From a virus, in IMG/VR virus record IMGVR_UViG_3300010354_004913, positions 1-64,000 of that record: a DNA stretch of 64,000 nucleotides; one strand, written 5' to 3'. Below, piece after piece: positions 28,283 through 38,257 of the stretch. The notes under the pieces were generated by a model. The model was not told the origin of the DNA. It worked only from the letters and a program-made list of their open reading frames with translations, and did no database searches. The first letter of the stretch is position 1. Every line of letters begins with the position of its first letter. The translations under genes and the position numbers were made by a program.

Positions 28283-28932
28283 TCTATTACTATTTTAAAA
28301 TCACTATTTTTGTTTAATGTATTTAATTCTGATTCTACAACTTTAAAAGACACTGAATTTTCTTTAATCATAAAATCTTTCATTAGACCTTTTTTGTTAA
28401 TAAAGTTTAACCAAGGACTAATAACATTATCAAATCTATAACGAAAATCGTAAAGCTCTTTGTTAGGTGATATTGTTACTTTTACTAAAGAAGTAATTGG
28501 TGTATTAATCAATAATTTTCTAACAACTAGTTGTAATCTATTAATTGATCCAAAATTTGCCGCAACATGTATTCGGCCAGCATCCATTTCATACCAATAA
28601 CCGTCAGTTTCTAATAAAAACATTTGTTTATTAGAAAGATCAATCAAGTAACCTTCTTGACTTTGAATAGTGTAATGCCAACGATCGTCTATATCGGCAT
28701 GTGCCATATAAGTGGTTCCTGGTTCTAAATTAATTAATCTTGCTTCACCTACTGGTCTTGGCAGTGCTGCTAATACTCGATCCAATATTGTGTTTTCAAA
28801 CTCAGGTTTAATAACCCAAGGATCATAAAAAAAGTTTCCAGTCGGCTGATTTACAGTAGTTTTTAGCAATGAAAAACTGCTGTCCAAATTAATAGGAGCA
28901 TCGAATCTGTGTTCAGTTTTTGTTAACATCAT
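28279..28932 (-). CDS. aspartyl/asparaginyl beta-hydroxylase-like oxygenase with C-terminal extension
   Basis: ARLI.LEPG....HADID ... IHVAANFG..NR.QLV. Confidence 0.65.
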   Translation of the reverse strand: MMLTKTEHRFDAPINLDSSFSLLKTTVNQPTGNFFYDPWVIKPEFENTILDRVLAALPRPVGEARLINLEPGTTYMAHADIDDRWHYTIQSQEGYLIDLSNKQMFLLETDGYWYEMDAGRIHVAANFGSINRLQLVVRKLLINTPITSLVKVTISPNKELYDFRYRFDNVISPWLNFINKKGLMKDFMIKENSVSFKVVESELNTLNKNSDFKIVIE

Positions 28933-28933
28933 G

Positions 28934-28950
28934 TATTTACTGTATAAGTA
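28934..28950. promoter_or_regulatory. back-to-back late-type promoters
   Basis: Minus TAAATA (28934-28939) and plus TATAAGTA (28943-28950) in a 23-bp divergent gap. Confidence 0.55.
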
Positions 28951-28955
28951 TTTTG

Positions 28956-29636
28956 ATGGAATTATATCTGAAGCCAGAATGGAAACGTATTGGGATCAGC
29001 ATCAGCGGTGGTGCTGACAGTGCGCTTTTGGCATTTTTAGTTTGCTCAAACAGCGATGCTGAGATACATTTCACTAATCAAATTAGATTATGGAGAACTA
29101 GACCATGGCAAGAACATGTAGCCAATCAAGTAATGGATTGGTTTCAAAATAATTTTACAAACAACTTTTACGTTCATAGAAACCTTATACCTCCAGAATT
29201 AGAATGGGCTAATAAAGGTCCTACTATAATTGATGAATATGGCAAACTAAAAAGTGGCAATCAAATAATACTAAGATCTCATAATCAATATATTGCTAAC
29301 AAATATAAATTAGATGCGTTATATGGTGGGATAACAAGAAATCCTGATGTTGAGATATCTGGTTCTCTTAGAGATAGAGACGAGGGACACATTCCTCCGT
29401 ACTTTATACATGACGGTGTACATATTTGTCATCCATTTGTATACACTAGAAAAGATTGGATAATTCAGCAGTACTACAAAAATAATATCACTGATCTATT
29501 AGAACTCACACGTAGTTGCGAAGGAGAGTTTGAAGGCATTGATTATAAAACATACGAACCAGGACAATTTGTTCCCACATGCGGTAAATGTTTCTGGTGT
29601 AAAGAACGAGAGTGGGCAATTGAACACACAAAGTAA
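28956..29636 (+). CDS. PP-loop ATPase, QueC-like (adenine nucleotide alpha-hydrolase)
   Basis: ISGGADS PP-loop; PF...K; TRSC...CGKCFWC.ER Zn motif. Confidence 0.75.
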   Translation: MELYLKPEWKRIGISISGGADSALLAFLVCSNSDAEIHFTNQIRLWRTRPWQEHVANQVMDWFQNNFTNNFYVHRNLIPPELEWANKGPTIIDEYGKLKSGNQIILRSHNQYIANKYKLDALYGGITRNPDVEISGSLRDRDEGHIPPYFIHDGVHICHPFVYTRKDWIIQQYYKNNITDLLELTRSCEGEFEGIDYKTYEPGQFVPTCGKCFWCKEREWAIEHTK

Positions 29637-30876
29637 AACATTCTGTATGCACCCTTTTACAGGGTTAGCAACTAGAGAGGATGGCGCAATTAAAATTTGC
29701 TGCCGCAGTCAACCTATTAGTTGGATTCAAAAAGAAAGTTTAGAACAGGCATGGAACAACGAAACCATTCAGCTAGTTAGAAAACAAGTATTAAACAATG
29801 AAAGACCGGAAGTTTGTAAACCTTGTTTTGATTTAGAAGATCAAGGGGTAGAAAGCCTAAGACAGCGACATATCAACGGCGTTATTCCAGAAGCACGTAT
29901 TAACCTATATCCCGATACACCTCTTCAAGAAGTTATGCCTTTTGAATTTCCTACAATGGAAATTAAATTAAACAATTTGTGTAATTTAAAATGTAGAATG
30001 TGTAATCCTTTAGATAGTACAAGTTGGCAAGATTGGAAAGAGGTAGAATCGTTTTACGAAAAAGAAAATAATTACCTTGTACCAACAATTAGGCAACTGA
30101 CAAAAACTCCTGGGCAATACATAGGACCTTTTGACGATACTGAAAATTGGTGGGCAAGCTTTGAAAAACTATTACCATATTTCAGGCGTGTTGAGTTTGC
30201 AGGAGGTGAACCCCTCATGGATCCTCAACACTATAAAATACTTGATATGCTAAAACCTTACGGAAAGAATATAGAAATCAAGTATGCTACTAACGCAACA
30301 ACATTGGGGATTAAAGGTGGAAGAACTATTCACGATTATTGGCCTTACTTTAAATCGGTCGCTGTTAATGTCAGCATTGACGGCATTCATGATGTTTACA
30401 ATTACATTCGCGGCAACAGCGACTTTGCTGAAGTTGAGCGTAATATTAAAGAAATACAAACTATTCCAAACGTCTCGAGAATAGTAGGTGCTTTTACTGC
30501 ACAGGCAGGAAACATATTACAAGCAGCTGAATGTATTGATTACTTTATTAACGAAATGAATATTGTATTTTACAGTCATAGAGTAAGCTATCCAAACTGT
30601 CTAAGTGCTCAAGTATTACCGCAAGAATTAAAAGAGCTGGCTGTACAACGTTTAGAATCTGTCAAACAAAAATTGTTTACTTTTAATAATATACAAAAGT
30701 ATCCGTTATTAGAAAAAATAACCTTACAACAAATTAGAGATAATATTAATTATCTCCAGGCTAAAGATCAACACCATCTATGGGCAGACTTTATTGAATT
30801 TAATAAAAGACTAGATGCTACTAGACATCAAGGTCCTTTAGAAAAAATTATTCCAGAATTTGCTCTCTATGTTTGA
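29620..30876 (+). CDS. radical SAM protein with N-terminal twitch/SPASM-like domain
   Basis: FCMHPF...ICC...C..C, CNLKCRMC, AGGEP, SIDG; TTG start inferred. Confidence 0.85.
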   Translation: MNTQSKTFCMHPFTGLATREDGAIKICCRSQPISWIQKESLEQAWNNETIQLVRKQVLNNERPEVCKPCFDLEDQGVESLRQRHINGVIPEARINLYPDTPLQEVMPFEFPTMEIKLNNLCNLKCRMCNPLDSTSWQDWKEVESFYEKENNYLVPTIRQLTKTPGQYIGPFDDTENWWASFEKLLPYFRRVEFAGGEPLMDPQHYKILDMLKPYGKNIEIKYATNATTLGIKGGRTIHDYWPYFKSVAVNVSIDGIHDVYNYIRGNSDFAEVERNIKEIQTIPNVSRIVGAFTAQAGNILQAAECIDYFINEMNIVFYSHRVSYPNCLSAQVLPQELKELAVQRLESVKQKLFTFNNIQKYPLLEKITLQQIRDNINYLQAKDQHHLWADFIEFNKRLDATRHQGPLEKIIPEFALYV

Positions 30877-31684
30877 ACTAGTTCTAACTAATGGCAAAGA
30901 AGATCTTAGCTTATTTTTTAAACTAAGAAATACTAAAGTTGCTCACAAATGGTATCTTGAGCTTTGTAAAAACTATGAATTGTTTGAAACAGATAGATTA
31001 GACCATTGGGGTACAAACAAAGATACATATATTAACGAACTTAACAAACAAATTGACATAATCAACCATTATCAGTATACTGTTGATCGGCGTGTTGGTT
31101 CAGATATTACACAGCAGGATCTAAATTATCTACATAAATTTTTTGAAGATTTGCGAGGAGAAGTAACTGAAGGAACAGCATGGTATAATAGTGCTCCTGA
31201 ACATGTACAAGTTGCTGTAATGCGTTTCAATGTATTGATTCATCAGTTAGAGTTTTCAATGCGAGTAAAAAAGTTACATCCAACAGTTGTGGTCACATTT
31301 AAAGACCGACCTCGATATGAACTAGATGAAGAAGATATTAAACATTTTACTTACAAATGGAAACGAGACACAATCTATATTAATTACTGCCATGTTGGCA
31401 AGACTGTATTAGACGCATTTAACGACGACGATAATCTAGTTGAAGCTATTCGTCCACAAACACATTACAGCGCCGACTTTATGATTAAGTTTGGTCCAAG
31501 TAGTAATCCACTTTTACACAAATTAAGAGAAATAATGATTAATCGCTGGATTAAAACAAAACAACTCAAATTTGATAATCTAAATTTGGGAATGATACCT
31601 GTAGCAGATTTGGTTAACAAAGTAGATTTTGAAACTCTATTCAAATTCAATCAAGTCAAAGCTGTCAATTGCTTAACCAAATAA
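30869..31684 (+). CDS. hypothetical protein of the enzyme island
   Basis: Coupled ORF; LNYLH..FE and N..IH..E His motifs. Confidence 0.55.
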   Translation: MFELVLTNGKEDLSLFFKLRNTKVAHKWYLELCKNYELFETDRLDHWGTNKDTYINELNKQIDIINHYQYTVDRRVGSDITQQDLNYLHKFFEDLRGEVTEGTAWYNSAPEHVQVAVMRFNVLIHQLEFSMRVKKLHPTVVVTFKDRPRYELDEEDIKHFTYKWKRDTIYINYCHVGKTVLDAFNDDDNLVEAIRPQTHYSADFMIKFGPSSNPLLHKLREIMINRWIKTKQLKFDNLNLGMIPVADLVNKVDFETLFKFNQVKAVNCLTK

Positions 31685-31685
31685 A

Positions 31686-31714
31686 TTGACTTTTCTATCT
31701 AATGGCAGTAAACT
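31686..31714 (+). promoter_or_regulatory. sigma70-type promoter
   Basis: TTGACT-17 nt-TAAACT. Confidence 0.65.
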
Positions 31715-31747
31715 TGTAACTGTTATCAACCACACACAGAGGCTTTC

Positions 31748-31876
31748 ATGATTAAATTTTTAGCAGGCACAATCTTTGGCATTGTAATATCAACAATTGG
31801 ATTGTCTGGTCTTTTCTCTATGGGAGATAAGATGGTTGACAAATCTAAGGACGCTATTAAGGAGATGTCAAAATGA
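31748..31876 (+). CDS. small membrane protein (42 aa, not in ORF track)
   Basis: MIKFLAGTIFGIVISTIGLSGLFSMGDKMVDKSKDAIKEMSK; GAGG RBS; ATGA overlap with next gene. Confidence 0.65.
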   Translation: MIKFLAGTIFGIVISTIGLSGLFSMGDKMVDKSKDAIKEMSK

Positions 31877-32505
31877 AACGCTTTATTCTTATTCCTATCG
31901 TGTTGGCACTAGCCGCTTGCTCTACTACCAAACGAGGTGAAGGGGAGTTTGATCAAATTCGAAATCAAAAACTTAGTACAAGTTTCAAAAAAGATACTAT
32001 TCGAATTGAAACTGATTGTGCTTGGTATAAACCTTGGAAAAGCGACTGCGATATTGTTGCTATCGAAGTAACTGCTACCGCAGCCACTAACGGAAATTCT
32101 GAAAATAATCTACGCACAGCATTGACACGAGCTCAAATGACTGCGGTGGCCAATGTTCGTCACTTCATTCAAGAAGAAGTTAAAAGCGAACGAGTAAAAA
32201 CTACCATTGCGAAGAACGTAGAAAAGGCCAGCGATCGTATGAAGAGCCGAACTACTGTAGGCGAAGCTGTGACTATGAGTGACAGCGATGCTGAAAAGGA
32301 CACTAATTTTAGTGTTCGGGAAAACAGTAACGATACTGCCTATCAGCTCACCGAAACTATTCGCACCAATGCTCAAGGTATTATGCGAGGATTTAAAGTT
32401 GTAAAACAAGAAGTATCAGGACCTCAGCAGGTTTCCGTGACTATGCGTTGGGACAAAGACAGCGATCGAGCTGCTTCAGTTCTACGTAAAAAGTTCGGCG
32501 GTTAA
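31873..32505 (+). CDS. lipoprotein (LPP20-like)
   Basis: Lipobox LAA-C; A..RA...A..N...FI, G...V.......V.V pattern. Confidence 0.6.
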   Translation: MKRFILIPIVLALAACSTTKRGEGEFDQIRNQKLSTSFKKDTIRIETDCAWYKPWKSDCDIVAIEVTATAATNGNSENNLRTALTRAQMTAVANVRHFIQEEVKSERVKTTIAKNVEKASDRMKSRTTVGEAVTMSDSDAEKDTNFSVRENSNDTAYQLTETIRTNAQGIMRGFKVVKQEVSGPQQVSVTMRWDKDSDRAASVLRKKFGG

Positions 32506-32506
32506 A

Positions 32507-33439
32507 ATGTTTTGGAGCCTTGCCTTCTGTATTCTTCTTCAAACTTGTATTCCGCCCCCGGCTCCAATTCGTGTAGTTGGCGTCGGGGACTCTGCTGAAC
32601 AAGCTAGGGATGCTGCCTATAGAGAAGCTATGGAAACCTATATGGGTTCTGTTGTAGTCAGTGACAAGGAAATGCGAGATTATCAATTAGTCAAAGACTC
32701 TGTTATGGTCTATAGCAGTGCCTATGTAGACAAAATGAGAGTGATTAGTGAGACTAAACAGGGAAACAAATTTCGAATAGAAATGGACATTTGGATAAGT
32801 TCTAGCAAGATAGCTAACAGAATTTTAACAATCTATCCTAAAGATCAGAACATCGATAGTGCTAGGATCAGCGAACAGTTTAGAACTTATGCTAGTTCAA
32901 AGCAAAAAGGTGATAAACTATTAGAAAATGTACTAGAAATTTTTCCTTCAAATGCCTTTTACATTTCTAATTTACCTATTGAATTTAAAATTGATACGTC
33001 AAGAGTACCTTATCTAAGAATTCCTTATACAGTAAATTGGAATAAGAATTATTTTATAGCGTTAGAAGAAACTGTAAAAGTAATTAGTGACGGAAAGGCT
33101 GCTAAAAACAATCCGGCCGCATCTGTAGTATTTGGCAGTGGTAGTTCTTGGTTTTTACAGCCTTACTTTTTCAACGATGTTGTTGCTGTTAGGATGATGT
33201 ACAGCAAGTTTGAAGATAAAAAACCTGCAGTTCGACTTAATGTAGTAAACGGAAATAGTGTTGTATATACCACTTGCCAAAAACTCAATACTAGTTTTCA
33301 TAGTTCCGGATACGGCACAATAGATTTGCTTGGTAATAAAGTTTATCAAGGAGAATTTAATATTCGTTTACCTGCTAACTTGCCTGCTAACGTTAAAACT
33401 CAACTTTCTATCGAAACTGAAAATAACTGCGCTGTTTGA
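32507..33439 (+). CDS. exported protein with LPP20/FlgT-N-like N-terminal domain
   Basis: Hydrophobic N-terminus; G.G.S.EQA..AA.REA.E...GSVV.S. Confidence 0.5.
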   Translation: MFWSLAFCILLQTCIPPPAPIRVVGVGDSAEQARDAAYREAMETYMGSVVVSDKEMRDYQLVKDSVMVYSSAYVDKMRVISETKQGNKFRIEMDIWISSSKIANRILTIYPKDQNIDSARISEQFRTYASSKQKGDKLLENVLEIFPSNAFYISNLPIEFKIDTSRVPYLRIPYTVNWNKNYFIALEETVKVISDGKAAKNNPAASVVFGSGSSWFLQPYFFNDVVAVRMMYSKFEDKKPAVRLNVVNGNSVVYTTCQKLNTSFHSSGYGTIDLLGNKVYQGEFNIRLPANLPANVKTQLSIETENNCAV

Positions 33440-33449
33440 TAAGTACTTC

Positions 33450-34331
33450 ATGTTTAAAGTAACCAGCCGATGGGGACATCAATCTAGTATCAAAATAGAA
33501 TGGAACCTTGGAAAGCGGTGTAATTACAACTGTTCTTATTGCCCTAGTTCCATCCACGATAATACCAGCTCCCATACTCCCATTAATACACTATTGTCAG
33601 TAATTGATAAACTGGCAAACTTAAATAAACCTATACGAATTAGCTTCACTGGGGGAGAACCCTGCGTACATCCAGAGTTCGATACATTACTACGATATGC
33701 TAAACACAAAGATATTCAGTGGATTAGTGTAACTACAAACGGAACTCGGCCGCCAGAATACTATCATTCTTTAACAGTTGATCAAATTGTATTCAGTATT
33801 CATTTTGAATACGATTGGAAGCGTGTAGTTAATACAATTATGGAAACAGCTACGCACAAGAATGTCATAGGCCAAATTATGGCTCATCATGATTACATGG
33901 ATGACGTAAAGATTGTTAGAGATGTATTAAATCACGACGGTGTTCCTAACACAGTAAGACGTATAAGATGGACTGAAGGAGATCACGATCTTTTCGATGA
34001 TCTAAGATATCATCCTGATGACCTAAACTGGATTAAAGACCAAGAATCAACAGTTAAGGGTAACTGTATTATCGACGATGATCAAATTATTCATAGTAAT
34101 GATGTTATTAAACTTCATCTTAATCAATATAAAGACTGGCATTGTTATGCCGGTTTAGAAAGTTTGATGATTAATTGGGATGGAGAAGTACATCGTGCTA
34201 CATGTCGAGTAGGCGGCAGTCTTGGTAACATTTACCAAGGCACATTTATAATGCCCACCGAACCTATTATTTGTACTAGAAATTGGTGTACTTGCTCGGC
34301 AGATATTCCTATAACTAAACATTCCATTTAG
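33450..34331 (+). CDS. radical SAM protein with C-terminal SPASM/twitch-like domain
   Basis: CNYNCSYC, TGGEP, TTNG, W.CYAG...C...C...CTC; TAAGTA at 33440 precedes the ATG. Confidence 0.85.
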   Translation: MFKVTSRWGHQSSIKIEWNLGKRCNYNCSYCPSSIHDNTSSHTPINTLLSVIDKLANLNKPIRISFTGGEPCVHPEFDTLLRYAKHKDIQWISVTTNGTRPPEYYHSLTVDQIVFSIHFEYDWKRVVNTIMETATHKNVIGQIMAHHDYMDDVKIVRDVLNHDGVPNTVRRIRWTEGDHDLFDDLRYHPDDLNWIKDQESTVKGNCIIDDDQIIHSNDVIKLHLNQYKDWHCYAGLESLMINWDGEVHRATCRVGGSLGNIYQGTFIMPTEPIICTRNWCTCSADIPITKHSI

Positions 34332-35298
34332 TTATGTGTGTATCGGGTTGGCAACTACAATGATATAATTTACAAACTATAGACTCTGGTTGGATATTAG
34401 TATCAAAGTTTTCATCACATACATTTAATATCTTGCCTCCAAACGGATCTTGTCTACAAGACGCTGCTAACACCCGGCCGGAAGGATCTATACTTATACT
34501 CTCAAATCCAGCATTACAGGTCCAGCCTTGAAATTTATTCCAGCCATTGGTCAGTATTGAATGTGGTCGTGCGGCAACTGCTGAATTATTATCAAACAGT
34601 ACAACACTTTCGTGAATTTTCATATCATTTAATCTTTTAAATATCCAATCACTGTTTGGTATTCTTTTTATACTGTCATTAACATATTGAAACTGTTCAG
34701 GAGTGTAAACATCCATACCGTGACCAGGGGCGTCAATGATTTCTTTTGTTTGTATAAACCACGAATGTTTACTGGCTTTCATTAGATCGATGTAGCTAAC
34801 ACACTTATCCCAGTGTTTAGCATCCATTAACATCAATGCTGTGACTTTTAAACCTGATTCAAATAATAAGTCTGCTACATTAATATAGTGATGTATATCT
34901 ACAAATTCATGATGGCAACTAAGAACTACATCATCAAAGCATTTGTAATGTTCTTCCCACCATCTCATTGTCCTTGAACCGTTAGTAGTTAATGAAATAT
35001 AACAATCGTGTGTTTTTTTAATTTCTTCGCAGAATTTTTCTAGGCCTGGCCATACTGTAGGTTCGCCACCGCCTGTTATCATAACATGAAATTTTTCTTT
35101 TTTAGCAATCTTTTTATACGTGTCAAATAAAATTCTAAAATTTTTAATAATTAAATCAGTATTTTTTGGGTATCGATATCGTTCAATATGAGATCCAGGA
35201 AAACAATATGTACAATTAAAATTACAAACATCTGTGGGGAAAAAAGAAACCCTCAAATATTCTGGTTCTTGTGTAGAAATGACTTTGATAGGTATCAT
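34315..35298 (-). CDS. radical SAM protein with C-terminal SPASM/twitch-like domain
   Basis: CNFNCTYC, GGGEP, TTNG, W.CNAG...C...C...CSC. Confidence 0.85.
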   Translation of the reverse strand: MIPIKVISTQEPEYLRVSFFPTDVCNFNCTYCFPGSHIERYRYPKNTDLIIKNFRILFDTYKKIAKKEKFHVMITGGGEPTVWPGLEKFCEEIKKTHDCYISLTTNGSRTMRWWEEHYKCFDDVVLSCHHEFVDIHHYINVADLLFESGLKVTALMLMDAKHWDKCVSYIDLMKASKHSWFIQTKEIIDAPGHGMDVYTPEQFQYVNDSIKRIPNSDWIFKRLNDMKIHESVVLFDNNSAVAARPHSILTNGWNKFQGWTCNAGFESISIDPSGRVLAASCRQDPFGGKILNVCDENFDTNIQPESIVCKLYHCSCQPDTHITKWNV

Positions 35299-36713
35299 GA
35301 TAAATGGGATAATTCTGGAAATATTTCTTTAAAATTTAGCTTACGTTCAACATCCATGATATTTATATACTCTTTAAACGCTGATAAAAGGTGAGTATGA
35401 TCTTCACTGTCCATAAAATCTAATACTGCTTGCCAGCGTTTCCATCCGTAGGGATTTTCTTTCCAATAGTCGGCATCTTGTCTATAGTTTGTATGTAGCC
35501 ATGTGGCAAGTTCTCCAAACAACTTACGCACTTCTTCTTTGTCTTTCTGCGGAAGACATCTTATACTTAAGAAAGTAGGAATATACAATAGATGCATATT
35601 AAAAATACCGCCACCGGCTTGTATACCACCTGTTACATTTTCAAAGTTAATTTTCTTAAAATTTTGTTTTATCTTCCAGCGAGCAAAATCTGGTAAATGT
35701 TTGATGTTTAATATCTGTATTGCGGTAGCAATACTAACTTGTATGTTGCTTGGAGTGTTATCTAACCTATGTAAATTCTTTTCTATAGTAGTCCAGTCAC
35801 TAGGGTAACGAATATAATAATTTCTTAAATCAGTAGCATCTATACTAAATCCTACTTTTACTTTTTTAAATTTAGTCCATAGATCAATAATTTCTTCGTC
35901 GAGCAATAAGCCATTAGTATTATATCTAACAAGTATTTTATCAGCATAACCTTGACGGATAATTTCTTCTAAGAACCATTTATGTTCTCTTATCATTAGC
36001 GGTTCACCACCTGCAAAATATACCTGTTTTAAATTAGGAATCTGAGCATACATTTCTTTCCAGAAGTCTGGATTTTCATGCCAAAAATTATTAAATGTTT
36101 CCCGATCCCATTGCATTTGTTCTTTTAATTCTTTAGACTGATATAATGGGTACATTTTTTTATGATCTGCTACCCATTGGCTACTGTCATGCGGAGAGCA
36201 CATTACACATTTAAGATTACAAGTATGTCCTAATCGTAGATCTAGATATACTAATTTTTCTGGTATAGATCCGTCTTCATTAGTTTGTGATATCAATTCT
36301 GGAATGTCGATACCTTCTTCCATCCAAGATCCAGTTTCCCAAACACGTTTACTAGCAACACCATTACTTTCTTCTTGAAAACATTTAGAACAACTATTAG
36401 GAATATTTCCTTCTAACATGATCTTTCTTACAGATTTCATGTAATCGTTGTTCCAGGCACTCATAGGAGTTTCTCTACCAAAGTTAGCCGGTATACCGTT
36501 CTCATTTTTAACTAGACCAACTGTATGGTCATTGCCAGCTCCACTAGCATTTGCAGAACAACAAAGGCGCATATCTCCGTTTGGTCTAGTAGCAAAATGT
36601 ATCCAGGGAAGAACACAAAATGTTTTACTACCGCTGGCATTTGCTATTTTATTCTGCCAAAGTCCTAACTTTGTAGTCTCAGACTGCATCCAATAAACTT
36701 CAGTTTCATCCAT
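35295..36713 (-). CDS. radical SAM protein with N-terminal twitch/SPASM-like domain
   Basis: FCVLPW...LCC...C..C, CNLKCVMC, AGGEP, NTNG. Confidence 0.85.
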   Translation of the reverse strand: MDETEVYWMQSETTKLGLWQNKIANASGSKTFCVLPWIHFATRPNGDMRLCCSANASGAGNDHTVGLVKNENGIPANFGRETPMSAWNNDYMKSVRKIMLEGNIPNSCSKCFQEESNGVASKRVWETGSWMEEGIDIPELISQTNEDGSIPEKLVYLDLRLGHTCNLKCVMCSPHDSSQWVADHKKMYPLYQSKELKEQMQWDRETFNNFWHENPDFWKEMYAQIPNLKQVYFAGGEPLMIREHKWFLEEIIRQGYADKILVRYNTNGLLLDEEIIDLWTKFKKVKVGFSIDATDLRNYYIRYPSDWTTIEKNLHRLDNTPSNIQVSIATAIQILNIKHLPDFARWKIKQNFKKINFENVTGGIQAGGGIFNMHLLYIPTFLSIRCLPQKDKEEVRKLFGELATWLHTNYRQDADYWKENPYGWKRWQAVLDFMDSEDHTHLLSAFKEYINIMDVERKLNFKEIFPELSHLS

Positions 36714-37725
36714 TACAATTTTTCACACATGTCCACGGTTTTAATTTTTGTAGATTTATATCTAATTGATCCCATACTACTTCGTCTATTTTTATATCAT
36801 TAAGATTAGGAACACCTAAGTTATGAAACTTAGACCGTGTATCTTTAACTACCAAATTTCTAAGTTTTTGTATTGGCAGTGTTTCTACAATCGGCTGTTC
36901 TATCCAATCAGATCCTACCCAACAACAAGGAAATACATTCCCTCTACTATCTACATAAATTTCGTTTTTTTCAATACACTTAGGCTTAATAGTTGATTGT
37001 TCGACTATGTCTTCCCATATAGAAATATCTTTACTTATTTTTTCTAGAGGCAAGAATTCTATAACAGATTCTTGAATAGCAGGTTCTAAATAATATTCTA
37101 TATTTCCAGATTTATCTTCTACTGGAAATTCTTCCATGTCATAAAATCGTCTAGTATATTTAAAATTAATTTTATTAAATCCTAGGTCTAGCATCTGTTT
37201 TTTAAACTCATCAACTTCGTGTTGATTATGCTTAAAAATTAAACAATCTATTTCTGCATTTCCACCAGCATTAATAAACGATACTGCGTTCTCGATTATT
37301 TTTTTCCAACTTGTTCCTCTTCTATACAAGACATGGCTTGATTCAAAGCCATCAATTCCAAAAGTACAGGTATGACTTTTTCCTAATGCCCTAGCTAGAT
37401 CTTTCCACCATGTTACATCTCTAGCACTGCCGTTTGTATGAATTCCAAGATGGCAATCGCTATTTACGGTTCTTATATACTCGTAAATTTCTAAGCAATC
37501 TTTTGCTATAATTGGATCACCATAGTTACCGCAAGCATAGAAATTTCTCAAATTTTTTAAAAACTCAATTGAAAACCATTTTTTAAAAATATCTAAAGTA
37601 ACATCATACTGTCCTACAAAATTGCGCTCCTTGCCTCCATTGACATTTCGAGCACACATAGGACAACTAGCCTGACATTTGTCAGTTAGTTCTATATGTA
37701 AGTTTGTTACTTTATTTGGATACAT
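36706..37725 (-). CDS. radical SAM/SPASM protein
   Basis: CQASCPMC, GNYGDP, HTNG, C-terminal C...G.VFPCC...C..NC. Confidence 0.85.
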   Translation of the reverse strand: MYPNKVTNLHIELTDKCQASCPMCARNVNGGKERNFVGQYDVTLDIFKKWFSIEFLKNLRNFYACGNYGDPIIAKDCLEIYEYIRTVNSDCHLGIHTNGSARDVTWWKDLARALGKSHTCTFGIDGFESSHVLYRRGTSWKKIIENAVSFINAGGNAEIDCLIFKHNQHEVDEFKKQMLDLGFNKINFKYTRRFYDMEEFPVEDKSGNIEYYLEPAIQESVIEFLPLEKISKDISIWEDIVEQSTIKPKCIEKNEIYVDSRGNVFPCCWVGSDWIEQPIVETLPIQKLRNLVVKDTRSKFHNLGVPNLNDIKIDEVVWDQLDINLQKLKPWTCVKNCNG

Positions 37726-38238
37726 TTATTTTAACATTCTTTCAATTTCTAAAACAATTTTTTTAGAAAGAGGAGTCACATCAAAATTAAAAGTAAGAAC
37801 TTCTGTAGCAGATTTACTTACAAGATACTTATGAAAGTTCCATCTAGGAACATCTCTTGTAGTTTCTCCCAATAATTTGTAGAAACTATTTACTTCATTG
37901 ACAGATTCACTATTGAACACACCCGGTGCTGAACAACTATTAGGAACAACATGAGACTTTTCAAAAACAGGAAAACTAATTCCATATTCACTTTCACAGA
38001 AATCTTGAATTTTATTATTAGAATCAAATTCTTGATTGGCAAAGTCACCACTAGGAAAACCTAATACAACAAACCCTTTATCTTTATAGGTATTATATAA
38101 TTCTTCTAACGCTTCGTATTGTGGTGTAAGCCCGCAATGACTGGCAGTGTTAACAACCAAAATAACTTTGTCACTGTATTTTGATAAGTGTACACGTTCA
38201 TTGTTCAATAATGTAAATTCATGGTTGTAAAAATTCAT
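37726..38238 (-). CDS. glutathione peroxidase (Cys type)
   Basis: VVNTASHCG.TPQY, LGFPS..F..QE, PRWNFHKYL. Confidence 0.9.
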   Translation of the reverse strand: MNFYNHEFTLLNNERVHLSKYSDKVILVVNTASHCGLTPQYEALEELYNTYKDKGFVVLGFPSGDFANQEFDSNNKIQDFCESEYGISFPVFEKSHVVPNSCSAPGVFNSESVNEVNSFYKLLGETTRDVPRWNFHKYLVSKSATEVLTFNFDVTPLSKKIVLEIERMLK

Positions 38239-38257
38239 AATTGTTTCCTTAAAAACT

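Noticed and set aside
37726-38238. Selenocysteine glutathione peroxidase
   Set aside because: The active-site codon is TGC (Cys) and there is no in-frame TGA.
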